Positions 22,880-37,000 of a stretch of 64,000 nt of DNA are shown piece by piece (position 1 is the first letter of the stretch; each line of letters begins with the position of its first letter). The stretch is taken from the NCBI GenBank assembly GCA_963707105.1, contig CAVPOS010000014.1, forward strand, positions 212,621 to 276,620, read 5' to 3'. Source of the DNA: an uncultured Gemmatimonadaceae bacterium. GTDB lineage: Bacteria; Gemmatimonadota; Gemmatimonadetes; Gemmatimonadales; Gemmatimonadaceae. The notes beneath the pieces were generated by a model that saw only the letters and a list, made by a program, of their open reading frames with translations, ran no database searches and was not told the DNA's origin. The translations under genes were made by a program, and so were the position numbers.

Positions 22880-24962
22880 TTACCAAATCCTCGCACGCAG
22901 GTTGTCGGGCCGCACCATCGGATCGCCGTCCTTGCAGCCCCACGCCGCCTTGAACTCCGGCATGTTCGACAACGGTCCGTCGACGCGCCATTTGCCCGGC
23001 GAGTGCGCGTCGGTCTTGATCTGCTGCAGGACCTGCTCGTCGCGCGACAGCCCGCGCCAGATCTGCGCCCAAGCCAGGAAGAACCGTTGCTCCGGCGTGA
23101 AGCCGTCGATCTTCGGGTGCGGCTTGCCGGCGATCGCCTTCTCCATCGCGTAGTAGGCGACCGTGAGCCCGCCGAGGTCGGCGATGTTCTCGCCGAGCGT
23201 CTGACGCCCGTTCACGTGCGACGCGCTGTCGACGACGGTGTAGCCGTTGAACTGGTCGACGACGAGCTGAGCGGCGGCCTTGTACTTGGCCGCGTCTTCC
23301 GGCGTCCACCAGTCGCGCAGGTTTCCTTGCGCGTCGAACTGCCGGCCCGAGTCATCGAAGCCGTGCGTCATCTCGTGGCCGATCACGGCGCCGAGCGCGC
23401 CGTAGTTCACCGCGTCGTCGGCGTTCGGGATCGAAGAACGGCGGCTGGAGAATGCCCGCCGGGAACTGGATCTGGTTCAGCGTCGAGCTGTACGACGCGT
23501 TCACCGTCGGCGGCGTCATGCTCCACTCGGTGCGATCCGGCGCCTTCCCCAACCGCGCCCACGTGCGCGCCGCGTTCCACTCGGCCACGGCGTGCTGGTT
23601 GGCGTAGTACGAGCCTGCGCTGACCGAGAGCGTGGAGTAGTCGCGCCACTTGTCGGGGTACGCGACCTTGCGCATGAAGGCGTTGAGCTTGGCGACGGCC
23701 TGCGTCTTCGTCTCGCTGCTCATCCAATCCAGCCCGTTGATTCGGTCGCGCAGCGCCGAAACGAGGTTGTCGACCATCTTGGCGGCGCGCGCCTTGGCCT
23801 CGGGAGAGAAGTTGCGCTTGATCCAGTCCTGGCCGACCGCTTCGCCGAGCGCGCCGTTGGTGCCGGTCGCGCACTGTTTGCTGCGCCGTTCTTGTTCCTT
23901 CACGCCGCTGGTGACCTGCTGCCAACGGAACGCTTCGGCGCGGAACGGTGCGCTGAGGGAACCCATCGCGCCGCTCTCCACGTGCCAACGGAGATACGCC
24001 TTCCAGTCGTCCACGGACGTCGCCGCGAGCAGCGAGTCGAGTGACTTGAAGAAGCTCGGCGCGCGCACGTTGACGTCGCCGGCGTACGTCGTGCGGTGCT
24101 GCTGGAGGTAGCGCGTCCAGTTGAAGTGCGGCGTGGTCGTCTGGAAATCGGCGAGCGACATCTTGTGATACGTCGCGACCGGGTCGCGCATGTCCGCTTG
24201 CGGAATGGTGATCTTGGCGATCGACGTCTCGAGCGCGAGAATCGTCTTCGCGTTGGCCGCCGCCTGCGCCTCGCTCTCTCCGAGCAGCGCGAGCGAGCGC
24301 GTGACGTGGGCCTCGTAGTCGGCGCGTCGCTTGACCGCGCGATCGTTCGTGCCGAGGTAGTCGTCACGGTTGAGCGAGAGCCCGCCCTGGTTGGCGGACA
24401 GAATGATCATCTTGCTGTTCCGCGGATCGGTGCCCGGGCCAAGCGAGAAAGGCGCGATTCCCCCGCCGCCTCGACCGCCGCCACCACCGCCGCCGCCTCG
24501 ACCGCCGGCCGTGCCGAACAGCTTCACGATGTCGTCGGTGCGTCTTCGCCGCCGCGATCGCGTCGAGCGTCGGTTTGATCGGCTTGAACCCGGCCTTGTC
24601 CAGGGCGACGGTGTCCATGCACGCGCAGATAGTACGTGCCGATCTTGTAGTCGTTCGATCCGGCCTTGGCCTCGCCGTCGCTGACCAGGTTCGCGTCGTC
24701 GACGACGATCTTCTCGACGACTTCCTGATTCTTGTCGCCGAGCATGCCGAAGCTGCCGAGGCTGCTCTTTGTCGGCGGGATCGTGTGGTTCTTGAGCCAC
24801 GTCCCGTTGGCGAATTCATAGAAGTCGGCGCACGGCGCGCAGGTCGTGTCGAGGTTCGCGCGATCCAAGACGTGCGATGCGCCGCGCTGAGCGGCTGCAC
24901 CCGACGACGACGACCACCGCCAGCAGCGGCGCGGTCAGGGCAAGGCGGAAACGAACGAGCAT
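22880..24962 (-). CDS. M13 family zinc metallopeptidase (neprilysin/PepO-like) lipoprotein, frame-disrupted
   Basis: HEMTHGFD (HExxH) and GENIADLGG (M13 ExxxD motif) lie in intact ORF 22880..23410, with C-terminal WGCKDGDPMVRPDNLRARIW. N-terminus MLVRFRLALTAPLLAVVVVVGCS (lipobox), then CAPCADFYEFANGTW. Confidence 0.85.
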
Positions 24963-25076
24963 GGAATCCTCGGGGAGAGCGGACGAATCGGTGCCTTTCG
25001 TCCAACCTACGCGCGTGCACGGCCTGTTGCTGGATCACTCTCCGCAGGCCGGCATGGTCTCCGCGACGATGGCGAA

Positions 25077-25340
25077 CAGCAACTACCTCACCGCAGAGGA
25101 CGCAGAGGACGCAGAGGACGCCGAGGACGGCCTGAAGCGCTCCGTCGCGCAACGAGCCGGGATTTTGTTGGAACCGCCGCTCGGGGAGCCTCTCCGTGGC
25201 GATGTAGGGCTCCACGCCACGAGTAGCCTCCCGAGCGGCAGTCACAAAAAAATCCCGGCTCGTTGCGCGACGGACCTACTTGGGCTGTCCTCTGCGTCCT
25301 GTGCCCTCTGCGTCCTCTGCGCTCTGCGGTAGTGCAGTTT
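25077..25340. repeat. Nested palindromic intergenic element, family copy 1 (MITE-like)
   Basis: Left arm carries (GCAGAGGAC)x3 plus GCCGAGGAC at 25093-25128. The right arm carries complementary GTCCTCTGC-type units at 25287-25329. Inner arms CGCGCAACGAGCCGGGATTTTGTTGGAACCGCCGCTCGGGGAG and CTCCCGAGCGGCAGTCACAAAAAAATCCCGGCTCGTTGCGCG pair, around a central CGTGGCG...CGCCACG hairpin near 25209. Confidence 0.75.
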
Positions 25341-25413
25341 CGTCCGCCGACGCTCGCGGGCGCCGAAGGCGACGGGCCTCGACAGGGCATCGCCGAGCGA
25401 TCCAACGTATCCC

Positions 25414-26647
25414 GTGCCCAAATCCAAACAGCCGGGAGTCGCCGAGCGAATCGTCGCGTTCAACGCCGGGCGCGACCCGCGGCGGCTCGAGCGGAAGTAT
25501 CGCGCGATGCGCCTCGATCCGTTCGTGTTCTTCCGCGGCGCGGCGCATCTGTATTGGGAGGACTGGGCGCAGCGCGCGGGGCGCCTGCCGAAGAGTCCAA
25601 CCGTGTGGGCTTGCGGCGACCTCCATCTCGAGAACTTCGGCAGCTACCTCGGAGACAATCGCCTCGTCTACTTCGACCTCAACGATTTTGACGAGGCCGC
25701 CTTGGCGCCGGCGACCGCCGACCTCACTCGGCTGCTCGCGAGCCTGCGGCTGGCGGGTGGCGCGCTCCGGCTCGACGCCCCAGAGACGGCCGAGCTCAGC
25801 GAGGGACTGCTCGTGGCGTACTGCGACTCTCTCGCCTCGGGCAAAGCACGATGGGTCGAGCGCGCGACGGCGCGCGGCATGGTCCGCGACCTACTGGTAG
25901 GCGCGCGCGAACGGAGTGCTCGCGCTTTGCTCGACCGGCGAACAGTCATCGAGGACGGCCGCCGTCGATTGCTCATCGACGGTCTGCGCGCCGAAGCGCT
26001 GGCGCCGCGAGAGCGCGCGGCCGTGACTCAGCACCTGGCCGAATTCGTGGAGTCCGTGGCCAAGACGGAGGACCAGGCGAAGTTCTACCGCTTGATCGAC
26101 GTCGCCGCGCGCATCGCCGGAACGGGAAGCCTCGGCGTTCGCCGATATGTCGCCCTCGTTCGCGGCCACGGCGGCGAGGACGGCCGCGTCCTGCTGGACA
26201 TCAAGCAGGCCCGCCGCTCGGCGATGGCCCCGTACGTCGGCGTGCCGCAGCCGGCGTGGAAATCAGAAGCTCACCGAGTGGTCGAGATCCAGTGGCGCAT
26301 GCAGGCGATCTCGCCTGCCCTGCTCGCGCCCGTGAGCTTCGGCCGAAGCTCGTACGTGCTGCGCGAGCTTCAGCCCGTGGAAGACAGGCTCGCGCTGGCG
26401 CATTGGAACGGCAAGCTGTCGCGCCTGCGAAAGGTGGTCGTGACGATGGGCGAGTCGCTCGCCTGGGCGCAGCTCCGGTCCGCGTCGCGGCGAGGGCGCG
26501 TCGGGACTCGATGACGCTGATCGCGTTCGGCCGCTCGCATGGCTGGCGCGAGAGCGTGCTTGGAGTACGCGCGGCTCTATGCCGAAAAGGACAGTGCGAT
26601 ACTGGCGCGAGTTCAAGCGATCCTCGCCCGACGCCGAACCGGAGTGA
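25414..26647 (+). CDS. DUF2252 domain protein (C-terminal ~45 aa frame-disrupted; stop position inferred)
   Basis: Intact ORF 25414..26514 carries DUF2252-type motifs (DPFVFFRGAAHLYWEDW, WACGDLHLENFG, YFDLNDFDEA). The continuation LIAFGRSHGWRESVL / EYARLYAEKDSAIL is in other frames. A TGA at 26645-26647 lies just before the hairpin. Confidence 0.8.
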
Positions 26648-26681
26648 AAAAAGAAGGCCGGGGCGACTCGCCCCGGCCTTC
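26647..26681 (-). terminator. Rho-independent terminator for the minus-strand lipoprotein/kinase transcript
   Basis: GAAGGCCGGGGCGA-C-TCGCCCCGGCCTTC (26653-26681, 14-bp arms) is preceded on the plus strand by AAAAAA (26647-26652). That reads as hairpin followed by TTTTTT on the minus strand, 24 nt after the stop at 26705. Confidence 0.6.
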
Positions 26682-26704
26682 GTCTCCCGGATGCTCGCGA
26701 AGGA

Positions 26705-27245
26705 TCAACCGCTCGAAACGAGCGAGCCGTTGGCGCTGCCAGTCGTGTTGCACGTCTCGCCGGTCGAGAGATCGGTGAGCGTGCCGTTGAAGCTGAAGTT
26801 GAAGCCGTCGAAGCCGACCGTTCCGTCGCCCTGTTTGATGTTCAGGTCGAACGATCCGTTCGAGATGTGTCCGCTGATGTCGGACTTGCCGTTGGCGTGC
26901 GCGTGTACGTCGATGCTGCCCGTCGTCGGTCCCGAGAGATCGAGATGGCCAACGGTGTTGTTGTCGTTGTTGTTCTGCAGGAATTTGAAGACGTACTCCA
27001 GGTCGAACGAGGCGGACAGGTTGCACTGATCCGACGGGGCCGCGTTGGCCACGAAGTCACTCGAATTCGTCGTCGCCGGCGTCCGCGAATCCGCTGCCGG
27101 CGCCGCTCAGCGGCGGCGGCGGCGGATCGCCTCTGACGAACGCCGCGCCGTGCGGCTGCGCGCCCGAGACCGGAGCCGTCACGTTGGAATCGGAGCAGGC
27201 GGCGACGAACGCCGCGAGGCCGACGACCGCGAACAGTCTTTTCAT
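26705..27245 (-). CDS. Orphan secreted lipoprotein, N/D/G/S-rich (one frame hop between 27057 and 27110)
   Basis: ATG 27245 is preceded by GGAGGG. MKRLFAVVGLAAFVAACSDSN has a lipobox. The C-terminal part is in ORF 26705..27052: APSDQCNLSASFDLEYVFKFLQNNNDNNTVGHLDLSGPTTGSIDVHAHANGKSDISGHISNGSFDLNIKQGDGTVGFDGFNFSFNGTL. I recognise no family. Confidence 0.5.
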
Positions 27246-27301
27246 TTGGAGCCCTCCAGGGGAGGATGCCGGCTCATCGCGCCGGCGGCGAACGGAAACG
27301 A

Positions 27302-30289
<2,988 letters not shown>

Positions 30290-30456
30290 AGACAAACGCA
30301 AGCGTGAGAGCTAGCGCGGCGTCGTGGGAGGTCCCGCGCCGTGCCGGGGGAGGTCACTCGCTCCTCCATCACTCGTATCACGGATGTGGCGCCCGCGAGC
30401 CGACACGACGCGGCCGACAAGCTCGTCCGTTTGACTGCCGGCCCTCTTGCCACTCA

Positions 30457-30475
30457 CATCTTGACAGTCAAGATG
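30457..30475. promoter_or_regulatory. Candidate PadR operator: perfect 9-1-9 palindrome containing a TTGACA hexamer
   Basis: CATCTTGAC-A-GTCAAGATG, centred 52 nt upstream of the PadR ATG (30518). TTGACA lies at 30461-30466. Confidence 0.45.
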
Positions 30476-30517
30476 TAGCGGCGCATCGTGCCCCGGTACG
30501 CAAACCGGACAACGATC

Positions 30518-30853
30518 ATGGACGAGCCGAACACCGACGTCATTCAGGGCACCCTCGACCTCCTGATCCTGAAGACGCTCAGCCTCCAACCGATGCACGG
30601 CTTCGGCATCGCTCGCCGCGTCGAGGACATCTCTCGCGGCGTCTTCAGGGTGAACCCCGGGTCGCTGCTCGTCGCGCTGCAGCGGCTCGAGCGGCAAGGG
30701 TGGCTCGACGCCGAGTGGCGGCAGACGGAGAATTCGCGGCGCGCGAAGTTCTACGCGCTCACCCGCGCCGGACGAAAACAGCTCGACGTCGAGACGGCGG
30801 ATTGGCGTCGGCGGGCGAGCGCGGTCGCGCGCCTGTTGAGCGCGGAGGGCTGA
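30518..30853 (+). CDS. PadR family transcriptional regulator (acidobacterial-type, paired with an ADOP permease)
   Basis: IQGTLDLLILKTLSLQPMHGFGIARRVEDISRGVFRVNPGSLLVALQRLERQGWLDAEW...RRAKFYALTRAGRKQL is a winged-helix PadR signature. The track ORF starts at GTG 30488; ATG 30518 is preferred. Confidence 0.9.
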   Translation: MDEPNTDVIQGTLDLLILKTLSLQPMHGFGIARRVEDISRGVFRVNPGSLLVALQRLERQGWLDAEWRQTENSRRAKFYALTRAGRKQLDVETADWRRRASAVARLLSAEG

Positions 30854-30855
30854 CA

Positions 30856-33503
30856 ATGTCTCTCTGGCGACAGTTGTCCCGCGGCCTGCGCGCGCTCACG
30901 AATCGCCGCGCCGCCGACGCCGAATTGAACGACGAGGTCCTCGACTATCTGGATCGCACCGCGAACGCGAACGTCGCGCGCGGCATGACGCACAGCGCCG
31001 CGCATCGCGCCGCGCGGGTCGAGCTCGGCAATCCGACCGTCACGCGAGAGCGCGTGCGCGACGCCGGATGGGAGAGCACTCTCGAGACGCTGATCGTCGA
31101 CGTCCGTTACGGACTCCGGCGGCTTCGCTCGAATCCCGGCTTCACCGCCGTCAGCGCGATCACGCTGGCACTCGGCATCGGGGCGACGACCGTCATCTTC
31201 AGCGCGATCAATCCGATTCTCTTCAAGGCGCTTCCCTACCCGCACGCCGACCGCGTGCTGATGGTCTCGGACGTCGGCAACAACGGAACGCCGATGTCGG
31301 TCACGTTCGGAACGTATCGCGAGATTCTGCTGCGGAATCATTCGTTCGACGCGCTCGCGCCGTTCAAGGCGTGGGCGCCGACGCTCGAGGGTGGCGCCGA
31401 ACCCGAGCGGTTGAGCGGACAGGCCGTCGGCGCCGACTACTTCCGCTCTCTCGGCGTTGCTCCCGTTCGCGGCCGCGACTTCACGACGTCCGACGATCGC
31501 GACGGCGGGCCGCGAGTCGTCATCCTGAGCGACGCGCTCTGGCACCGGCGATTCGGCGGCGATCCCGCGATCGTCGGGCGCAGCGTGACGCTCGACGACG
31601 ATCCTTACGTCGTCATCGGCGTCATGCCGCCGACGTTCGAGAACGTTCCGGCGGAAAGCACGAGCATCTGGAGGCCGCTCCAGTACAAAACGGCGTTCAC
31701 GCCGGACTCGCGCGAATGGGGGCATCACCTCCGTCTCGTCGGGCGCGTTCGCTCCGGCGTCGATCTCGCGGCGGCACGCGCCGATCTCTCCGCCATCGCG
31801 CGGACGCCGCGCGCCGACATGCCTCGCGTTCCGTGGGCGTCGCTTCAGGCGGGGCTCGTCGTCACGTCGCTCCAGGCCGACGTCGCGCGTGAAATCCGGC
31901 CCGCGCTGCTGGCGGTGTTCGCGGCCGTGCTCGTGTTGCTCGTCATCGCCTGCGTCAACGTCACCAACCTCCTCCTCGCCCGCGGCGCGCAGCGACGCGG
32001 CGAGTTCGCGCTCCGTGCCGCGCTCGGCGCCGGCCGCGCGCGTCTGGTGCGCCAGCTCGTCACGGAGAGCGTGATCCTGTCGCTCTTCGGCGGCGGGCTG
32101 GGGATGTTCGTCGCCGTAGTGGGGCTGCGCGCGTTCGTCGCGACGAGCCCCGTCGGGTTGCCGCGTCTCGCGTCGATCCACGTCGACGCGATGGCGCTCC
32201 TGTTCGCGCTCGCGAGTGACGAGCCTCATCGGTCTCGCCGTCGGCGTGTTGCCGGCGATTCACGCGTCGCGCGAGGACCTGCAAGCCGGACTGCAGGAGA
32301 CGTCGCGCCGCTCGGCCGGCGAGCATCACGTCACGCGCCGCGCGCTCGTCGTCGCCGAGGTGGCGCTGTCGCTCGTGCTGCTCGTGAGCGCGGGTCTGTT
32401 GCTGCGAAGCCTCCAGCGCGTATTCGCCGTCGACGTCGGCTTCGATCCGTCGCATCTCGTCACGATGCAGGTCCAGCTCACGGGCCATCGCTTCGACCAG
32501 GACGCGGTCAAGGCGCGGTTCCTCGACGACGCGCTCGCCGCCGTGCGGCGCGTTCCGGGAGTGAGCGCCGCGGCGTTCACGCAGCAACTGCCGCTGAGCG
32601 GCGACTTCGACGTGTACGGCGTGCACCTCGAGCGCACGCGCGATCCGAAGGACGACGGGGCGGCGCTTCGCTACGCGGTGACGCCCGACTATTTCGCCGC
32701 GATGCGCATCCCGCTGTTGCGCGGGCGCTACCTCGACTCGCACGACGTGGCCGGCGCGCCGCGCTCGGTCGTGATCAACGAGAGCTTCGCGCGCGCCGAA
32801 TTCGGCAAGGACGATCCGATCGGCCAGCGCCTCAAGGCCGGCCCCGACGACGGACAGTGGTACACGATCGTCGGCGTCGTCGGCGACGTGAAGCAGGAGA
32901 TCGACGCGCTGGACAGCCGCTTACGCCGTCTACGTCACGCCCTCGCAGTGGCATTGGGTGGACAACCTCGTCTCGCTCGTCGTTCGCTCGCAGGGCCAAC
33001 CGGCCGAGCTCGCGTCGCCGGTGCGAAGCGCGATCTGGTCCGTCGATAGAAATCAGCCCGTCGCGCGCGTAGCCACGATGTCGTCGCTCGTTTCGACCGC
33101 CACGGCGGGGCGTCGGTTCGCGCTCGTGCTGTTCGAGCTGTTCGGCGCCGCGGCGCTCGTCCTGGCCGCGGTCGGCATCTACGGCGTGCTCTCGGGAAGC
33201 GTCACCGAGAGAATTCGCGAGATCGGCGTGCGATCCGCGATGGGCGCGTCGCCGCGCGACATCCTCGCGCTCATCCTCGGCCAGGGGATGAAGCTCACGA
33301 TCGTCGGCGCTCTGATCGGCGTCATCGGCGCCGCCGCGGCGACGCGCGGACTCGTGACGATGCTCTTCGGCGTCACGCGCCTCGACCCGGCGACCTACGT
33401 CGGAGTGATCGTGTTGCTGTTCGGTGTGTCGGCGATCGCGTGCTGGGTGCCAGCGTGGCGAGCCGCGCGTGTGGATCCGTCGATCACGCTGCGTTCCGAG
33501 TAG
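30856..33503 (+). CDS. ADOP-type duplicated FtsX-like ABC permease (MacB-like) with no adjacent ATPase; frame-disrupted in its second half
   Basis: ATG 30856 lies 3 nt after the PadR stop. MSLWRQLSRGLRALTNRRAADAELNDEVLDYLD... (ADOP N-terminus), RSNPGFTAVSAITLALGIGATTVIFS, LLVIACVNVTNLLLARGAQRRGEFALRAALGAGRARLVRQL, C-terminus REIGVRSAMGASPRDIL...WVPAWRAARVDPSITLRSE. Confidence 0.85.
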
Positions 33504-33825
33504 TGCAGTGGTCTGAAACTGACGCAACTGCACGACAACTGCACTACAACTGCAACCTGCTTTGACGCAGGGGACGCAGAGGACGCAGAGGCGCAGAGGA
33601 CTGCCGCGGGGCTGAAGTTCATCGCGCAACGAGCGCTGATTTTTTTGGGGACTGCCGCTCGGGAACCCAATCGCTCCTTGGGGGCCGCGTCGCCCCATCG
33701 AGGCATCCCGAGCGGCTTTCACAAAAACATCCGGCTCGTTGCGCGAGGGACCTGGCCTGGGCAGGCGTCCTCTGCGCCCTCTGCGTGCTCTGCGTCCCCT
33801 GCGTCGGGTGTTGCAGTTGCGGTTG
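33504..33825. repeat. Nested palindromic intergenic element, family copy 2 (MITE-like)
   Basis: It starts directly after stop 33503. Termini are CAACTGCAAC (33547-33556) and GTTGCAGTTG (33810-33819). The arms have GACGCAGAGG-type units and their complements. A 52-nt block at 33695-33746 is identical to copy 3. Confidence 0.75.
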
Positions 33826-34062
33826 GCCGAGCACGCCCGAGATCGCGAGCCCGTCTTAAGGGGACCCGTACGGTCTTCCGCGAGACGCGATCGCCGGGCG
33901 CAAACCGCAACGCGCGTCGCCGTGTCCAACGATTCGATCTCGAAACCGGTATGCCGCGTACGGCAGTAGTGTGTGTCGTGGAACGACGCGGTGCGTTGGT
34001 GAAGCCAGTTCACTCTCGGGTCTTTCGGTCCCTCCCCTCCGTCCTCCTTCGTCGCCATCCCC

Positions 34063-37000
34063 ATGAAGCTCTCGATTGCGCTTCACCGAACCCTCATATG
34101 CTTTGCGCTCGCGTCGACGTGTCTCTCGCGCGTTGTCGCCGCCCAGACCGAGACTCTGACGGGAACGGTGCGGAGCGACAGCGGAGGAGTCATCGCGAAC
34201 GCGGTCGTCACCTCGACACCGGCCGGGGCCGGCGCGACCGCGTCGGTCACGACGAGGTCGAACTCCGTCGGGCGGTGGACCATCGTCATGCCCTCGCGCG
34301 CGGCTGACTATTTCGTCACGGTGAGCGCGATCGGCTGGATTCAGCAGCGTATCGACGTGAAGTCGAGCGGAGGCACGTCGCCCGTCGTCGCCGATGCGAC
34401 GCTCAAGCGGGCACCGGTCCAACTCGGCCCCGTCCGCGTGACCGAGTCACGACGGCCGCCGCGCAGCGCGATTTTCTGATCGGCGCCGACGTCGCGGGGA
34501 CAGAAAAGGGTGTTCTCGCGTCTTCGGAGGTGTTCGCGATCGCTGATCAGGGCGACCTGATGGGCATGATCTCCCAGGTGCCCGGCATCACGATCACGTC
34601 GGATGCGAGCACCGGGCTTCCGACCTTCTCGGCGCTCGGGCTGTCGGGTTCGCAGAACAACGTCGTGCTCAACGGGCTCTCGTTCGGTGGCGGCGACGTC
34701 CCGCGCGACATCAACGGCGCCGTGCGAGTGACGGCCACGCCGTACGACGTCTCTCGCGGCGGCTTCAGCGGCGCCCAGCTCTCGGTGACCCAGGCGCCCG
34801 GCGGCAACTTCTCGCAGCGATTGGCGCACGTCTCGTTCGACGGACCCGATCTCCAGTTCACCGATCACGTGGGACGGCAGCTGGGTCAGCAATACTCGAA
34901 TGTCCAGCTCAGCGGCAACGTGACGGGCCCGATCGTCTACGATAAGGTGTTCTACAACGTGTCGTTCCAGGGCGGCCGCCGGGCGAGTGACCTGGCGTCG
35001 CTGCTGAGCAGCGACCCGTCGACGCTGCTCCGCTTGGGGCTCTCCCAGGATTCGGTGCAGGCGATGGTCGCGGCGGCGCACGCGAGCGGGATCCCGTTGT
35101 CGGCAACCGGCATCCCCACGCAGCGTCAGACGGAGAACGGCTCGGTGCTCGCGCGATTCGACTTCTCGCCGTCCGATACGACGCAGGTGAGCCTCGTGAC
35201 CTCACTGCGGACCAACAGATCGGTCGCTTCGTTCGTCGGCCCGACGGCGGTGCCGGGGCACGGCGGCGACTTCAATAGAAACGGCGGCAACGTCATCGGG
35301 CAATTTTCGCAGCGGATCCATGGAGCGATCCTGAACGATCTGCGGATCGGCGGCAACGTCGACGTCACCGATGCGACGCCGTACACAAACCTTCCGGACG
35401 CGCGCGTTTTCGTGACGTCGCAACTCTCCGACGGAACGACCGGCTTGACGTCGTTGCTGATGGGCGGCAACGCGTCGTTGCCGCGCAGCTCTCGAGTGGC
35501 GAGCGCCGAGCTATTCAATCAGACGTCGTGGAACTCGATCGGCGGGGCGCACCACTGGCGCGCGACGGTGAACGCTCGGCTCGACCATCTGTCGCAGAAC
35601 TCGGCATTCGACACGCGCGGCACGTTCCAGTACAACTCGATCGCCGACATGAACGCCGACCAGCCGGCGTCGTTCGCGCGATCGTTCGTCTCACACGGCG
35701 TCGCGGCAGACGTCCAGACGGCTGCGCTGGCCCTTGGCGACCAGTGGCAGGCGCTCGATCGGCTGCGGCTCACGTATGGCCTCCGGCTCGACGGCAATCG
35801 CATCCCGACGTCGCTCCCCTACAACGGCGCGGTCGACAGCCTGTTCCACTCGCGAACGGACTTCGCGCCGAGCGGCGCGGCGGTGAGCCCGCGGGCGAGC
35901 TTCAGTTGGGGGTTTGGCAACAACGGCACGACGGGAATTCCCGGGTTCGGTGCGCCTTGGGGTTTTCTCTCGGGCGGCATCGGCGAGTTCCGCAACGACC
36001 TTCGCCCGGGCCTGATCACGCCCGTGATCGCCAACGACGGTTTGTCCGACGGGACCAGTCAGCTGCTCTGCGTGGGCGCGGCCGTGCCGACGCCCGACTA
36101 CGCGGCCTACATGCACGACCCGTCGTCGATTCCAACGACGTGCGCCGGCGGGACGAATCCATCTTTCGTGAGCAGTCAGCCGAACGTGTGGCTCATCGAC
36201 CCGGCATTCCAGGCACAGCGAAGCTGGCGTGGCAACCTCGGGCTTCGCGGTCCGCTCATCACGAAGCTCTTCCGCTTCTCGGCCGACGTCACGTACTCGC
36301 TGAACCTCCACCAGCAGTCCAACGTCGATCTGAACTTCGTGCCGACGGTGCGCGGCCAACTCGCGTCGGAGGCGGACCGGCCGTCTTTCGCGGCCCCATC
36401 GAGCATCGTCCCGGCGACCGGTCAGGTGACGAACGTCGACTCCCGCTTCTCGCCGCGGTTCGGCAGCGTCAACGCGCTACGGTCGGATCTCGAGTCGCGG
36501 AGCACGCAGTACACGTTCGGCGTCCAGCCGATCGGCCTGGGCACCCAGCGCGTGCGGTGGACGGCAACGTACACCTACGCCGCGAACCGCGAGCAGACGC
36601 GTGGGTTCGGAGGCACGACGGCGGGCAATCCGCTGAACGTCGAGTGGTCGCCGAACGGAACCGGGCCACGTCACGCGGTCAACATCAATCTCTACACGCG
36701 CGTGCGCGATCTCTTCTCGATCGCCGTCACGGGTCGCGCAGTGTCGGGATCGCTCTACACCCCCGTCGTCGACGGCGACATCAACGGCGACGGTCTGGCG
36801 AACGACCGGGCGTTCATCTTCAATCCCACTACGGCGACCGCGAACGTCGCCGCCGGCATGAAGTCTCTGCTGGCGAGTGCCTCGCCGCGCGTGCGCAACT
36901 GCCTCACGCGGCAGTTCGGCTCGATCGCCGAGCGAAACAGCTGCGAAGGGCCGTGGACGGCGACCGCCTCGGCGGGGATCGTGCTCAACCCGGAAAAGCT

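Noticed and set aside
25093-25128. Short direct repeats (GCAGAGGAC x3-4; also GCAGAGAC, TGAGACC and ACAAACGGAC arrays elsewhere) considered as a CRISPR array.
   Set aside because: The units are 7-10 nt and contiguous, with no spacers. They are mirrored by complementary units on the other arm of a palindrome, and no cas genes are present.
33640-33760. Central hairpins of the palindromic elements considered as bidirectional rho-independent terminators.
   Set aside because: The T-tract precedes the hairpin and the A-tract follows it on the plus strand, with the same true on the minus strand. This is the opposite of terminator geometry. Two copies also sit between divergent gene starts, where no terminator is needed.
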